64,000 bases of DNA. Source: Octopus sinensis. Its lineage: Eukaryota. Location: the NCBI RefSeq assembly GCF_006345805.1, contig NC_043020.1, positions 5,828,001 through 5,892,000 on the forward strand, written 5' to 3'. Of this stretch, positions 23,587-37,010 are shown piece after piece. Positions within the stretch are counted from its first letter, which is position 1. The number at the start of each line of letters is the position of its first letter. Below the pieces are notes generated by a model. The model saw nothing but the letters and a program-made list of their open reading frames with translations, ran no database searches and was not told the DNA's origin. The translations under genes and the position numbers were made by a program.

Positions 23587-26500
23587 AGGCAGTGTCTCCC
23601 ACCACACAAATCACTTCATAGATTATAGGGATGATGGCATTTGCTTGTTTGTTTGTTTGTTTCTTCTCGAGCCATCCCTGGCTCATAAGGGCTGGTTTCT
23701 TGGCGTATAGGTTCTCCACCTAGACGGGACGACGGTCAGTCGCAGGTGACCTGCAAGATGCAGGAGGAAAGATTGAGAGAAAGTTGTGGCGAAAGAGTCA
23801 GCAGAAGTTCGCCATTACCTTCTGCCGGAGCCGCGTGGAGCTTAAGTGTTTTGCTCATAAACACACACATCGCCCGGTCTGAGATTCGAACCCGCGATTC
23901 CTGCTCTAACCACTAGGCTATGTGCCTCTACCTTTGCTTGAGTGTGTATCAGCTATATTTGGGTGTATATATATACACAGATACAGGTGTTGTGATAAAG
24001 AACACTAAAATCTGTTTGAGACTTTTGAAAAAAAATTTTTTTTATCATAAACAAAAAAAAAATATAGAACTTAAATATAGAACTGAAAAAATATTGTCAC
24101 CTATAAATGACAAATGCTAAGATAGCTCAAATCTTATTGATATTGGACCAGTGAATCACACTCATATTCTTGAGTTTTTTTGTTTTTTTTTGTATTGTAT
24201 ATATAGTGACCCGAGGTCAACTGCCAAATATTCCTGCTACACATGTAAATGAATTTTATACTTTCGTGCATGGTTATGTAAAACATTTCTTGACAGAGAT
24301 CAGAGAATCTGTCCAGGTCGGGCCACTACTTATCTGCATCGAGAGGTCATAGCTTTGGTACTACAGACATGTGATTAGAATATTACAGCAAAGAATCACA
24401 AGACAAATTCTTCAAGTGAAGCCAGCTGGCAGGAAACCCTGGGGATAGACCTAGGACTAGACAGTTGAATAATATCCATTGTCTCTCTGTTAGTCATGCC
24501 TAGGAATCCAACATGACTAACACTATTAACAGCACTCACTGGTTCTATCTACTTAATTACCGGGTGTTGTCAGTGTTGAGTTTATCTTGCAGTATCGTAC
24601 ATATATTGAAAGTATTCCACCACCTTCCAGATAACATATTTGCATATGTGAGTGTCACTTTTGACCTGGTTGTAGGTATCTGTCCGTTGACAATCTTCTG
24701 CATCGTTTTCCCGTTTTCCAAACGCAGATCAATTTTACCAAATCACCGACTTGTCTTATGTCTCTTATATACCTTTTGTACTCTGGTGTCAGCTTCCATC
24801 ATCTTTGGTTTGCAGAACGACTGGATTGCAGTCGCCGTTCTTATCATTAGTAAGTGTAATGACAGTTGCTTCTGAGAAGACCTTATGGAGGTGTACCTGA
24901 AGACTCTACTGCCATGACCCTTCCAGGAATGGTGGGTAGAGAAGATGGATCGAGGGATTATGTAAAATATGTAGACCTGTCTGTCTCCATTTATATCTGT
25001 CTACCTGTATATGTGTGTGTGTGTATGTATATGTGTGTATGTGTATATATGTGTGTGTGTGTGTGTGTGGCTAAGATGCAGCCATTTGTTCAAAGGTGTG
25101 TGCACTTAAATGGATTTGTTTTTTAATTACACATGCCTTTATGTAAATGCATGTGTAATTAAACCTGTCTGCCTCTCTCCATGTATGTCTGTGTGTCTAT
25201 GTATAATATATTCTGTTTGTGTGTTGTTTGTTTGTCAGACTGTCTGCCCATCTATCTGTTTATCTTTCTGTCACTGTCTGTGTGTCTCCATATCTCTCCT
25301 CTCTCTTCTCTCTCTCTGTCTCTCTCCACTTTGCTATTTGCGAGATCCTGTTAGTAATCTTATTTGTGTATGTATGCCTACCTATCTGTATAGCTATTTG
25401 TCTGTCTGTATGCCTGTCTATCCATTCATCTATTTGTTGATCTATCTATCCATCAATCAATCAATCCATCTCTGCCTGTACGTATCTATGTGATACCGTG
25501 ACCGACCAGGCTATCAGATGTTGTTACACATCGCTGGTCACAATGCGCTTCACATTGTTTTAGCCTTCAAATAACGCCACCCCGCTGGCTAAGCGAGCAG
25601 GCCAACAGAAGAAAGAGTGAGAGAAAGTTGTGGCGAAAGAGTACAGCAGGGATCGCCACCACCCCCTGCCGGAGCCTCGTGGAGCTTTAGGTGTTTTTCG
25701 CTCAATAAACACTCACAATGCCCGGTCTGGGAATCGAAACCACGATCCTACGACCGCGAGTCCGCTGCCCTAACCACTAGGCCATTGCGCCTCCACACGT
25801 ATCTATGTATGCATTTATATGTATATGCTTTATACCTGCATGTATATACATATCTATGCATTTATATGTGTGTGTTTTATACCTGCGTATATATATATAT
25901 ATGCATGTACTGGTAGTATGTAACCACCGCAAAGTCCAATCCCTGCTTCGGGATTGTATATCCCAATGCCATTGAGGCTATGCTAACAGGGTGCAAACTC
26001 TTGCCAGGGCCATCCATAGGTAGAGGCTGCATTCATATGGACCTCATCATCCCAGAGGTGAAAATGGGTTTGCTTAGGGCTTTGTCTTTCCCTTGGATAA
26101 CATCGATCGCCTGGAGAGAGGAGACTGGTTTGCATAGGTGACTTCTGGTCTTCCTTAAAACATCTTTGCCCAGACTTGTGCCTCGGAGGGGAACTTTCTA
26201 GGTGCAATCCCATGGTCATTCATGACCAAAGGGGTTCTTTACCCCATGTACATATAATGGTGTAGAGAGAGGTGACTGGTCTTCCATAAACAGCCCTGCC
26301 TGGACTTGTGCCTTGGAGGGAACTTTCTAGGTGTAATCTTATGGTCATTCACGACCGAAGTGGGTCTTTACTCTTCTTACAAATAGAGCAGATGAAGCTA
26401 ACATCTGGGGAAATCTTTATTTTGGACATACAGATGGGGGTGCCTACCTCTTTACTGAGGGAATGGCCCTGCTGCTAGCTCTGTAGACACAATGCTTTCT

Positions 26501-27074
26501 GTTTTTTTAGCTGGGGGACCTATTGGTGCGAGAATCATTCGGGGCTGAAAAAGCAGGGATTCAACTGGAGAGAAGCAGAAAAGACAACCCAGAATCGAAA
26601 CCGGTGGGTAAAAGCAACCGATGGCTTATGCTTCCTAGGGCTTAAATGAGCGAATGTTAGTATGAAACCTGGCACAAGCTGCTATTGTTGGTGTGCGGGT
26701 GAGTCATTAGTGACTAAACTGTTATCTCCTCCATGCTGGCCTGGTTCTGAAGACTACTACAAAGCCCAGTTAGACTAAAACAAAAGGATGGACTGACCCA
26801 GTATAGAGTTGACAAATATCTAACCAAAGCATTTATCAGAAAACGGGTGTGCATGCCGACACCTGAAAGACCCTCACCAACCCTGGCATTTACTTTGGAG
26901 ATAAATGTTAGGTTGGTGTTTAGCTTGAGATAAGAGCATTCCATTTTTAATTTTGGCTGACAGCCAAATTGGAACAATTATGATGAACCAGTTTTAGTCC
27001 CATTGTTGGAATGTCTTGTACACAATACATGCATCTGAGTTTTCAGTAAACACTTATTGATAGGCATTTTTATA

Positions 27075-27775
27075 GCATGGTATTTATGTGCTGGTGCCAC
27101 ATAAATAGCACTTGTGCTGGTGCCACCTAAGATGCACCCATGTTGGTGCCATATAAAATGCACCTGTGCTGGTGCCGTGTAAAAAGCACTTCTGCTGGGG
27201 CCATGTAAAAAAAACACCTGTACTGGTGCCATGTAAAAAGCACCTGTGCTGGTACCATCTAAAAAAACACCTGTACTGGTGCTATGAGAAAGCACCTGTG
27301 TTGTTGCCACATAAAAAGCACCTGTGCTGGTGCCATGTAGAAAACACCTGTGCTGGTGCCACGTAGAAAGCACCTGTGCTGGTGCCACGTAGAAAGCACC
27401 TGTGCTGGTGCCATGTAAGAAGCATCCATGCTAGTGTCACTTACAAAGCACTTGTGTCGGTGCCATGTAAAACCTGTGCCAGTGCCATATAATAAAACAC
27501 CTGTGCTGGTGCCACATAAAAAGCACTATTCCCGGTGACACTTATTAAACACTCATGCTGGTGCCACGTATAAAGCACATGTGCTGGTGCCATGTAAAAG
27601 TCACCCAGTACCCTCTCTAGATTGGTTGGTCTTAGGAGGGGCATCCAGCCATAGAATCCATGCCAAAACAGACAGTTGGAGTCTGGTGCAGCTCTCCAGC
27701 CTTGCCACCTCCTGTCAAAACCTCTAACCCATGCCAGCCTGGAAAACTGACGTTAAATGATGATGATGATGTCAT
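27075..27775 (+). mobile_element. RTE 3' UTR fragment with an expanded 22-23-bp tandem unit
   Basis: Many tandem (tgtaaaaagcacctgtgctggtgcca)-like units, followed by the family 3' end and a (GAT)n tail. Confidence 0.7.
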
Positions 27776-28166
27776 TTTGGGAGATTGTTACTTTTTGCAT
27801 TTTCAAGTCCTTTGTCCCCTAAAGACCCACATTTTCAAGTCCTTTGTCGCCTAAAGACCCACAGCAAGTTATAAGTCTGACATCACTGATATAGGAGATA
27901 GAAAAACTCAACATGCGCATCATCATCATCATCATTTTCCCCTGATGCGTGCTAGGGTCAGATGGATTTCATTGCAGCAGACATTCTACTGCTGGATGCT
28001 CTTCCTGTTGCCAGCCCTCGCCCGTTTCCAAGTAAGCTGATATTTCCCTCAGGGCCTGACGTGTTTTTCATGGAGGATTGGAAATTAATGACGCCACGTG
28101 TGTGAATGTGGTGTGATGCTTGTTTACAACTGTTGTGGGATGTCACAATACGAAGATACAAACAGG

Positions 28167-28203
<37 letters not shown>

Positions 28204-28830
28204 AGATTATGCAATAGAAGTAGGTCCACAATGTGAGCATTACCAATTCTTAATATAAATATATATGCTTTGTTTAAACACAAGCTGTGATTTTTCATTT
28301 GGGAAAAATTCCCTTAGACATATAGTGTTAAAAACCGCAATATACCTCACAACTAAGTGAAACAAAATCGCCATGTTACTTTATTTCAAATGCGTTAGAG
28401 GAGAGTGCTCAATACATATTGTAGAGGCTATTGTTTCTTTGTCTGTGCTAGTAGGGTGCCAAGAACACCATCTGAGCATGATCATTGTGATCGTTGCCAG
28501 AGCAGCCAACTGGCTTCCATACACGTGGCACGTAAAAGGGCACCATTCGAGCATGATAGTTACCAATGTCGCTTCACTGGCACCTGTGTCAGTGGCACGT
28601 GTAAAAAGATTTGAGTGAGGTCATTGCCAGTACTGCCTGACTGGCCCCCATGCAGGTGGCATGTAAAAAGCACCCACTACACTCTCGGAGTGGTTGGTAT
28701 TAGGAAGGGCATCCAGCTGTAGAAACTCTGCCAGATCAAGATTGGAGCCTGGTGCAGCCATCTGGTTGCCAGCCCTCAGTCAAAACCATCCCACCCATGC
28801 TAGCATGGAAAACGGATGTTAAACGATGAT

Positions 28831-28876
<46 letters not shown>

Positions 28877-29051
28877 TCAAAGAAAGTTAGAGGTTGTGAA
28901 TCCAACCAACTAAGGGATAATATCTATCCAATATACTGCTGGTAGAATACCCAATTATTAATACACAAATGTTTATTTTTATTGCATTGCAATTACATTA
29001 CCTAGTGCACTAAATGGGTGAAGGTAAAGAGATATTTTACCATTAATTTAT

Positions 29052-29446
29052 AGAGCAATAAGAAAATGGAGGGGAACAATAGGTGGCATTCTTCAACTTT
29101 TACACATTATATTATATCAATTTATTTATTTACTAAAATGACAAATATTCAAGAATATACATACATGTATAACATATTATGCTTTACATATATAATATAT
29201 AAAGATACCAGTAATTATTAAAATACATAACATACAGGAATGCCAATTTATATTCCTGTATGTTATATTTTAATAATTACTGATACCTTTATATATTAAT
29301 ATATTTTTATATGTGAAGCATATGTTTATACATGTATGTATATTCTTGTAATTGTCATTTTAGTGAATAAATAAATAAATAAGTTGACATAATATAATGT
29401 CTAAAAGTTGATGAACCACCTATTGATCCCCTCCATTTTCTTATTG

Positions 29447-29450
<4 letters not shown>
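29052..29450. repeat. Long palindrome (about 190-bp arms, 10-nt spacer)
   Basis: The left arm ends ..catacaggaat at 29241, the spacer is gccaatttat, and the right arm starts attcctgtatg at 29252. Homology runs out to agagcaataag / cttattgctct. Confidence 0.9.
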
Positions 29451-29482
<32 letters not shown>

Positions 29483-29486
29483 CTAT

Positions 29487-29517
<31 letters not shown>

Positions 29518-29630
29518 GTAAAAAGTGAAAAAACTACATAAGGCTTGTTTTAAAAGGTTAAAAAATATATATTTGAGTCAATATGTCTGAAGAATGTTAT
29601 AAATTTTTTTCATACAATGACATAGTTTAG

Positions 29631-29668
29631 AAGAAATGACCGGTTTCGCATTCAGCTTTTCAAATTTC

Positions 29669-29670
<2 letters not shown>
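29631..29670 (-). ncRNA. Minimal type I hammerhead-like motif, U3-A8 core variant
   Basis: Minus strand: aagaaat TTGAAAA gc-tgaat-gc GAAA ccgg TC atttctt; 7-bp stem I, palindromic stem III ACCGGT, GUC triplet. Confidence 0.6.
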
Positions 29671-29717
<47 letters not shown>

Positions 29718-30087
29718 CACAAAGTATAAAATACCTAAATTTGCATTTACACCTTTTGGGGAAGGAGAACTACAAAGCAAAATCCCGATTTACTCATGGA
29801 ATTCCCCCTGTTAGAAAAACTTGCCATTGAAATATAAAATGTATTTATAAATATAAAATCTCTTGGCTTTTACTGCCCTATCAACCTAATCGTTCCACCA
29901 CCGTGTTACTAAAACACCCACAGACCCATGAGTAAAGAAATTAACCCTTTAGCATTTAAACCAGCCACATGTCTGATCTGTAGCTCTAAGTGGGTCTAAG
30001 TAGGTTATCTCATAGAGATTCTCCACTTGTCCTCTGCGCTACAGGTGTCTAAATCTTCCTCACACGTGTCGGTTAGAATTCCTTTAA

Positions 30088-30308
30088 CCCTTTAGCATTT
30101 AAACCGGCCATATCCGGCCAAAAGTATTCTGCCTGTTTTATGTTCAAACTAACCAGATCTGGTCTCTCACACCAACCCTACAATATCGTTTTAAAAATTA
30201 ACAGCTACCTCATCAAAATCTTATAGCTAGAAGATAATGCCTGATTAGTTCAAGGCAATGAGGATTAAAAAGGATTAATTTTGGCAGAATAATGTGAACA
30301 CTAAAGGG
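30088..30308. mobile_element. piggyBac-like MITE (family 2); further copies 33601-33808 (inverted) and 50216-50740 (long form)
   Basis: TTAA|CCCTTTAG ... CTAAAGGG|TTAA at each copy; shared aaaccggccatatccggcc subterminal motif. Confidence 0.8.
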
Positions 30309-30559
30309 TTAAACCTATCTCCCAATTGCAGGATTATTTAGTTTTTCCAAACCTTCCTAATGCATGCTGTTTTATCGTTTCTTTGTCTGCTTAGTGCTCT
30401 GACCCAGAAGTCGCTAGGCACACACTCATGGTACATAATGCATTCTTCTCAAGGAAAGGTTTTGGTGTTTACATGTAGCTCTTACGTTCAGTTGCTTCCA
30501 GCCTGGCCCTTCATCAGTTACGATGATGAGTGTTCTAGTTGTTTCGGTCAATAGAACAG

Positions 30560-30948
30560 CCTGCGAGCTGGCAGAACCATTAGCACGCCAGACGAAATGC
30601 GTAGCCGTATTTCGTCTGCCGTTACGTTTTGGGTTCAATCCTTTCGGGGTCGATAAATTAAGTACCAGTTACGCACTGGGGTCGATGCAATTGACTTAAT
30701 CCATTTGTCTATCCTTGTTTGTCCTCTCTGTGTTTAGCCCCTTGTGGGTAGTAAAGAAATAGGTATTTTGTCTGTCGCTACGTTCTGAGTTCAAATTCCG
30801 CCGAGGACGACTTTGCTTTCATCCTTTCGGGGTCGATTAAATAAGTACCAGTTACGCACTGGGGTCGATAGAATCAACTTAATCCCTTTGTCTGTCCTTG
30901 TTTGTCCCCTCTGTGTTTAGCCCCTTCTGGGTAGTAAAGAAATAGGTA
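30560..30948 (+). mobile_element. SINE family B with a tandem-duplicated body
   Basis: Head gcgagctggcagaa; the body restarts at gtattt (30607 and 30763) directly after ..aaagaaatag. Confidence 0.8.
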
Positions 30949-31620
30949 GGCTGATGTCTGAAAGTATGTGTTGCAAATTGTTAGATCAGTTGTATTACAG
31001 AATTCTAGAAGCCATACATGCTCCACCTCACCTCGTTTCTCAAACTGTAACCATAGCTTCTAGATATGTCATGGCAGCCTACATGTTGGCCACGAGGGCC
31101 GATTACGATGATGATGACCGTCTCTGATATAAAACCTTCAGCTGAAATAGTTACTGGCAACACTTAGTCCAGTTTGTCATTGTTTATTTAACTATGCATA
31201 CTTGAGAGAGTGGTTTACTTGCCTTGTCGTGTCTCACCAGCTTATGTCAACCCGAGCTGATGATATACAGATGTCTTTGTCACGAGACAGGCTATCACCA
31301 GACAGAATGAGGTAGTTATTCTCTGTGTGTATGTGTGTGCACATCTGAGTATATATATATATACATACATACATATATATATACATACACCTTAAATAAA
31401 CACACACTGAGACATGTACGTAGAGGTATACAACATATAAGCACACACAGAGACTGTGTCAGAGTTCTTTTTTATTTGCAGAGAATCTAATATTTCAGCA
31501 ATTAGCATGTTAAATATTTTTACAGATATAGATATGCCTGCCTAACTTTTTCCATTGTTTTTGACATGTACTCTGTGAGTAAATATAATATATATATCAT
31601 CATCATCTGTTGTCCATGGG

Positions 31621-31654
<34 letters not shown>

Positions 31655-31655
<1 letters not shown>

Positions 31656-32225
31656 CTGGCCTCTGTGCTGTGGGCACGTAACAAACACCATCCGATCGTG
31701 GCCGTTCGCCAGCCACGCCTGGCACCTGTGTAGGTGGCACATAAAAAACACCATCCAAGCGTGGCCGTCTGCCAGCCTCGTCTGGCACCTGTGTCGGTGG
31801 CACATAAAAAACACCATCCAAGCGTGGCCGTTCGCCAGCCTCGTCTGGCACCTGTGTCGGTGGCACATAAAAAACACCATCCGAACGTGGCCGTCTGCCA
31901 GCCTCGCCTGGCACCTGTGTCGGTGGCACATAAAAAACACCATCCGAGCGTGGCCGTCTGCCAGCTTCGCCTGGCACCTGTGTCGGTGGCACATAAAAAA
32001 CACCATCCGAGCGTGGCCGTTCGCCAGCCTCGTCTGGCACCTGAGTCGGTGGCACATAAAATCACCCACTACACTCTCTGAGTGGTTGGCATTAGGAAGG
32101 GCATCCAGCTGTAGAAACACTGCCAGATCTGACTGGCCTGGTGCAGCCTTCGGGCTCCCCAGACCCCAGTTGAACCGTCCAACCCATGCTAGCATGGAAA
32201 GCGGACGTTAAACGATGATGATGAT
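31655..32225 (+). mobile_element. RTE 3' UTR fragment with a 63-bp minisatellite (about 6.5 units)
   Basis: cacataaaaaacacc recurs at 31738, 31801, 31864, 31927, 31990 and 32053, followed by the family 3' end ccatgctagcatgg..gttaaacgatgatg. Confidence 0.88.
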
Positions 32226-32621
32226 ATATATATATATATCAGAACGCCATGTTGGATCGTTAGCCCCTACAGGCAATTTTTTTCTCTCCTTGTTTTTTTT
32301 CTGTGTATCTTTCTGTTGAAGAGCGTAGGCTCAAAACGTAAAAGACTTGTTTTATTTATATTCCTGAGTGCTATACTAATACAATCGTTTGTTTGTACTC
32401 CACCTGCCTTCGTCTTTTGTTTATTTTCGTAAACCTTCCCGTTATATGTATGTATATATATATGTATTACTGTGTGGTATGAAGCTTGCTTCCCAGCTAC
32501 ATGGTTCTGGGTTCAGTCCCACTGCGTGGTACCTTGGGCAAGTGTCTTCTGCTATAGCCTCGGGTCTACCAAAGCCTTGTGAGTGGATTTGGTTGATGGA
32601 AACTGAAAGAAGCCTGTCATG

Positions 32622-32655
<34 letters not shown>

Positions 32656-32790
32656 ACTTAGTAGTTCGGTAAAAAGAGGCTGATAGAATAATCGCTAAGC
32701 TTACAACGAATAAGTCCTGGGGCTGGTTTCTTTGACTAAAGGCTGTGCTCCAGCATGGCCATAGTCAAATGACTGAAGCAAGTAAAAGAG

Positions 32791-32825
<35 letters not shown>

Positions 32826-35800
32826 CTTCTGTTGTGTTTGTCCCCCGCCACTGCTTGATGGATGTTGGTGTGTTTACATCCCTGTAACTTTGTGGTTTGG
32901 CAAAAGAGACTGATAGAATAAGTACCAGACTAGACTAAAAAAAAAAAAAGGTTCTGGGGGTCGATTCATTCAACTTGGAAGGAAAATTCAAGGTGGTGCT
33001 CCAGCATGGCCACAGTCTGATGACTGAAGAAAGTAAAAGACAAAAGGATAAAAGTACGGTGGGTGGTGGTGGGGGGTAGAAAGTGTGCGTGTGGGGAGAG
33101 AGAGAGAGACATTGACAATTTATGATTTGAGCGGTGTTTGCCTTAAGCACTTTCCCCCCTTCAGACACACAAAGAGGAAATATGGTCACACATAAACAGG
33201 GAGGGAGGGAAAGGGAGAGAGAAAGACAGGCAGGCAGACAGACAGACAGACAATGGAGAGAGAGGAGGAGGGGAGAGACGTTACAGTTTATTAATTGAAC
33301 GCGAATCACATTATCACTTTCCCTGTTTTCAATAGACTTAAAGAGAAACATGGTCACACAGAAAGAGACGGTGGGGGTGGGGGGGAAGGAAGGAGAGACA
33401 TTGTAATTAATTAATTAATTGAACATAATTGATATAAACACTGGGTCTCTTCACACAAAAACAGAGAGAGACGGAAACATTAAAACGGAGAAATTAGCAT
33501 CAAATTTGCAACCCCAGGCACATGGTACCAAAAGTATTGTGCCAAAACACCTCATAACCCTCCTATATCTTCACGTGGAAGGGGGTTTTTCTTCTGTTAA
33601 CCCTTTAGTGTTCAGAAACATAATGCCTATTGATTCCCATTGATTTGAATTAATCATGCATTATCTCATATCTTCAAGATCTTGATGGTGTAATTATTTA
33701 ATGTAGAATGACATTGTAGGGTAGGTGTGAGAGCCTGGATCTGGTCAGTTTGAACATAAAACAGATTAGCTATTTTGGCCAGATATGGCCGGTTTAAATA
33801 CTAAAGGGTTAAATCTCACCGTTGTAGGCGTGGCTAGACACACATGTAGCTGTGTAGTAAGAAGGTGGCAAGCTGGCAGAAACATTAGCAAGCCTGGCGA
33901 AATGCTTAGCAGTATTTCGTCTCTCGTTAAGTTCTGAGTTCAAATTCCGCCGAGGTTGACTTTGTCTTTCATCCTTTCGGGGTCGATAAATTAAGTACCA
34001 GTTATGCACTGAGGTCGATGTAATCAACTTAATCCCTCCCTGTGTCTGTCCTTGTTTGTCACCTCTATGTATAGCCCCTTGTGGGCAATAAAGAAATAAG
34101 AAGGTTTGTTTCCCAACCACATGGTTCTAGGTTCAGTTCCACTGCATGGCACCTTGGGCAAATGTCTTTTACTGTTGCCTCAGGTCAACCAAAGCCTTGT
34201 GAGTGGATTTGGTTGACAGAAACTGATATATATGTGTGTGTTTGTGTGTGTCTTTGTATCTGTGTTCGTCCCCCACTGCTGCTTGACAACCAGTGTTGAT
34301 GTGATTATGTCCCCCGTAACTTTGCAGTTTAGCAAAAGACACCGATGGAATAAGTACCTGGTTAAAAAAAAAAGGAAAAAGAACTGGGGTCAATTCATTC
34401 GACCAAAGTTCTTCAAGGCGGTGCCCCAGCATGGCCGCAGACTGAAACAAGTAAAAGCTACTGTTGTTGTAGTTGTTGCTAAGCAACAAGACGGGTAAGG
34501 GTGATTAGGTGATGGTCTAGGGCTTAGGGGAGGGAGACCCCAGACCTTGGGAAAAAAAACAAGGAAACTTTGATCGTTTTGTTGTAGTCGAAGGCTCTTT
34601 GTTGACACCCGACACCACTAGGAGGTGGCCCTCGAAGTTGCTGGAAATGGAGATCTCCAGGTCCAAATTCTTGAACGGCACAAGTAAAAACTGCAGCATT
34701 TGCTGACAGAGTTGGTGCTTCTTGGGTTTCTTTAGTTCTTCCTTATTTTCCTCTGGCTTTCTGTCAAGTCTGTTGCATCCTTAAGGCTTCGATAATATCC
34801 TCCTCACACACACTTTTCCTTCAGTACATTACAAGTGATTATTAACTGCCTACTTTGCGGTCATTCCCCGACAACCCACTCCTAAATATACGACTAAACA
34901 CTCCTATCTTTCGACTTCCTGACCTTCCGCACACAACCATCATTCACATATTGGTTTCAACTTCTTCCACTGGACAGACAAACAGACAGATGTTCACTGC
35001 TACAGAGTGCTTGTCAATGACCTGAAAAGCATTCCTCAACCACTGGACGGACAGACAGACAGATGTTCACTGCTACCAATTGCTTGTCAATAACCTAAAA
35101 AGCATTCCTCAATGGTTACATGACAATACAGTTCCTTTAGCATGAATTGTATTGCAGCTGAAACCTGCAAGATCTCTTGTGTTTTTGTGTGGTGACATCA
35201 TTATCGTTATTATCATTATCATCGTCATTATCTTTGTTACAATTATCGTTGTAATCATTGTCATCATCTTCGTTGTTCTCCTCCAAATGATTGTCATTGT
35301 CATAATTATTTTGTTATTACTGTCATCATCGTTATCGTTATCTTCATCATCACCTCATCATTGTCATCATCTTCTCCATCGTCACCATCATCATAATTAT
35401 TATCATTACTATCTATTTCTTTACTGCCCACAAGGGGCTAAACACAGAAGGGACAAGCGAGGACAGACAAAAGGATTAAGTCGATTACATCGACCCCAGT
35501 GCGAAACTGGTACTTATTTAAAGATGAAGATTATGATGAAGATAGTAATGATAAGAAGGCGGCAAGGTGGCAGCATCGTTAGCACGCCGGATGAAATGCT
35601 TATCGATATTTTGTCTGCCGCTACGTTCTGAGTTCAAATTCCGCCGAGGTCGACTTTGCCTTTCATCCTTTCGGGGTCGATTAAATAAGTACCAGTTACA
35701 CACTGGGGTCGATGTAATTGACTTAATCCCTTTGTCTGGCCTTGTTTGTCCTCTCTATATTTAGCCCCTTGTGGGTAGTAAAGAAATAGATATAGATATT

Positions 35801-35884
35801 TGTATATATATATTTATATTTATATATATGTGTATAAATATATATAAATACATATATACATATATAAATATATATAGATACATG

Positions 35885-37010
35885 TCATCATCATCATCGT
35901 TTAACGTCCGTTCTCCATGCTAGCATGGGTTGGACGGTTCGACCGGGGATCTGGGAAGCCAGAAGGCTGCACCAGGCTCCGGTCTTATCTGGCAATGTTT
36001 CTACAGCTGGATGCCCTTCCTAACGCCAACCACTCCGTGAGTGTAGTGGGTGCTTTTTACGTGCCACCTGCACTGGTGCCAGGCGAGGCTGGCATCGGTC
36101 ACGGTTGGATTGGTGCATTTTACGTGCCACCTGCATGGAAGCCAGTCGAGGCGGCACTGGCTTTAGCCACGATTCGGATGGTGCTTTTTACGTATCTCCA
36201 GTCCAGGGGTCCTGGCATCTGCCGGGTGCCAGTCATAGGATTGGTTCAATTTCGATTCCGATTTCACTTGCCCCAACAGGTCTTTGCAGGCATGGGTGCC
36301 TGTCGTCGGATGAGGTTCGATATCGACTTCGCTTGCCTCAACAGGTCTTTGTGTCCAAGGGAGGAAAGGCATGCATAAGTGGGCTGGGCTCACTTGTCCT
36401 GCCTGGTCTTCTCATGTACAGCATATTTTCAAAGGTATCGGTCACTGGTCATTTCCTCAGTGAGACCTAAAGTTCAAAGGTCGTGCTTCACCACCTCGTC
36501 CCAAGTTTTCCTGGGTCTACCTCTTCCACGGGTTCCCTCCACTGCTAGGGATTGGCACTTTCTCACACACCTATCTTCATCCATTCTCGCCACATGACCA
36601 TACCAGCGCAATCGTCTCTCTTGCACACCACAACTGATGCTTCTTAGGTACAACATTTTTCTCAAGGTGCTAACGCTCGGTCGAGCATGCACACTGACAT
36701 TACACATCCATCGGAGCATACTGGCTTCATTTCTCGCGAGCTTACGCATGTCCTCAGCAGTCACGTCCCATGTTTCACTGCCATGTAGCATGGCTGTTCG
36801 TACACATGCATCATACAGTCTGCCTTTTACTCTGAGCGAGAGGCCTTTAGTCACCAGCAGAGGTAAGAGCTCCCTAAACTTTGCCCAGGCTATTCTTACT
36901 CTAGCCGTTACACTTTCAGCACACCCACCCCCACTACTGACTTGGTCACCAAGATAACGGAAGCTATCAACTACTTCTAGTTTTTTCCCCTGGAAAGTGA
37001 TGGAAGTTGT
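35885..37010 (-). mobile_element. 5'-truncated RTE-clade LINE (RT C-terminus, 3' UTR, (GAT)n tail); source family of the many catcatcatc..ccatgctagcatgg fragments
   Basis: Translation FRYLGDQVS..ARVRIAWAKFRELLPLL..KGRLYDACVRTAMLHGSETW..RRLRWYGHVARM..GRGRPRKTW. The 3' UTR recurs at about 2622, 3225, 8701, 28480, 37160, 41140, 52990, 54721, 56935, 58578 and 60443. Confidence 0.93.

Noticed and set aside
24513-24875. Hydrophobic 120-aa ORF resembling a membrane protein
   Set aside because: No family motif; hydrophobicity is explained by T-rich composition; no coherent exon chain.
26548-26615. CTGAAAAA..gattc..gaatc GAAACCGGT hammerhead-like string
   Set aside because: Core has a C3/A8 mismatch and no stem I pairing; at best a decayed motif.
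31520-32195. Three overlapping 144-217-aa repetitive ORFs
   Set aside because: Produced by a stop-free 63-bp tandem repeat in a LINE 3' UTR.
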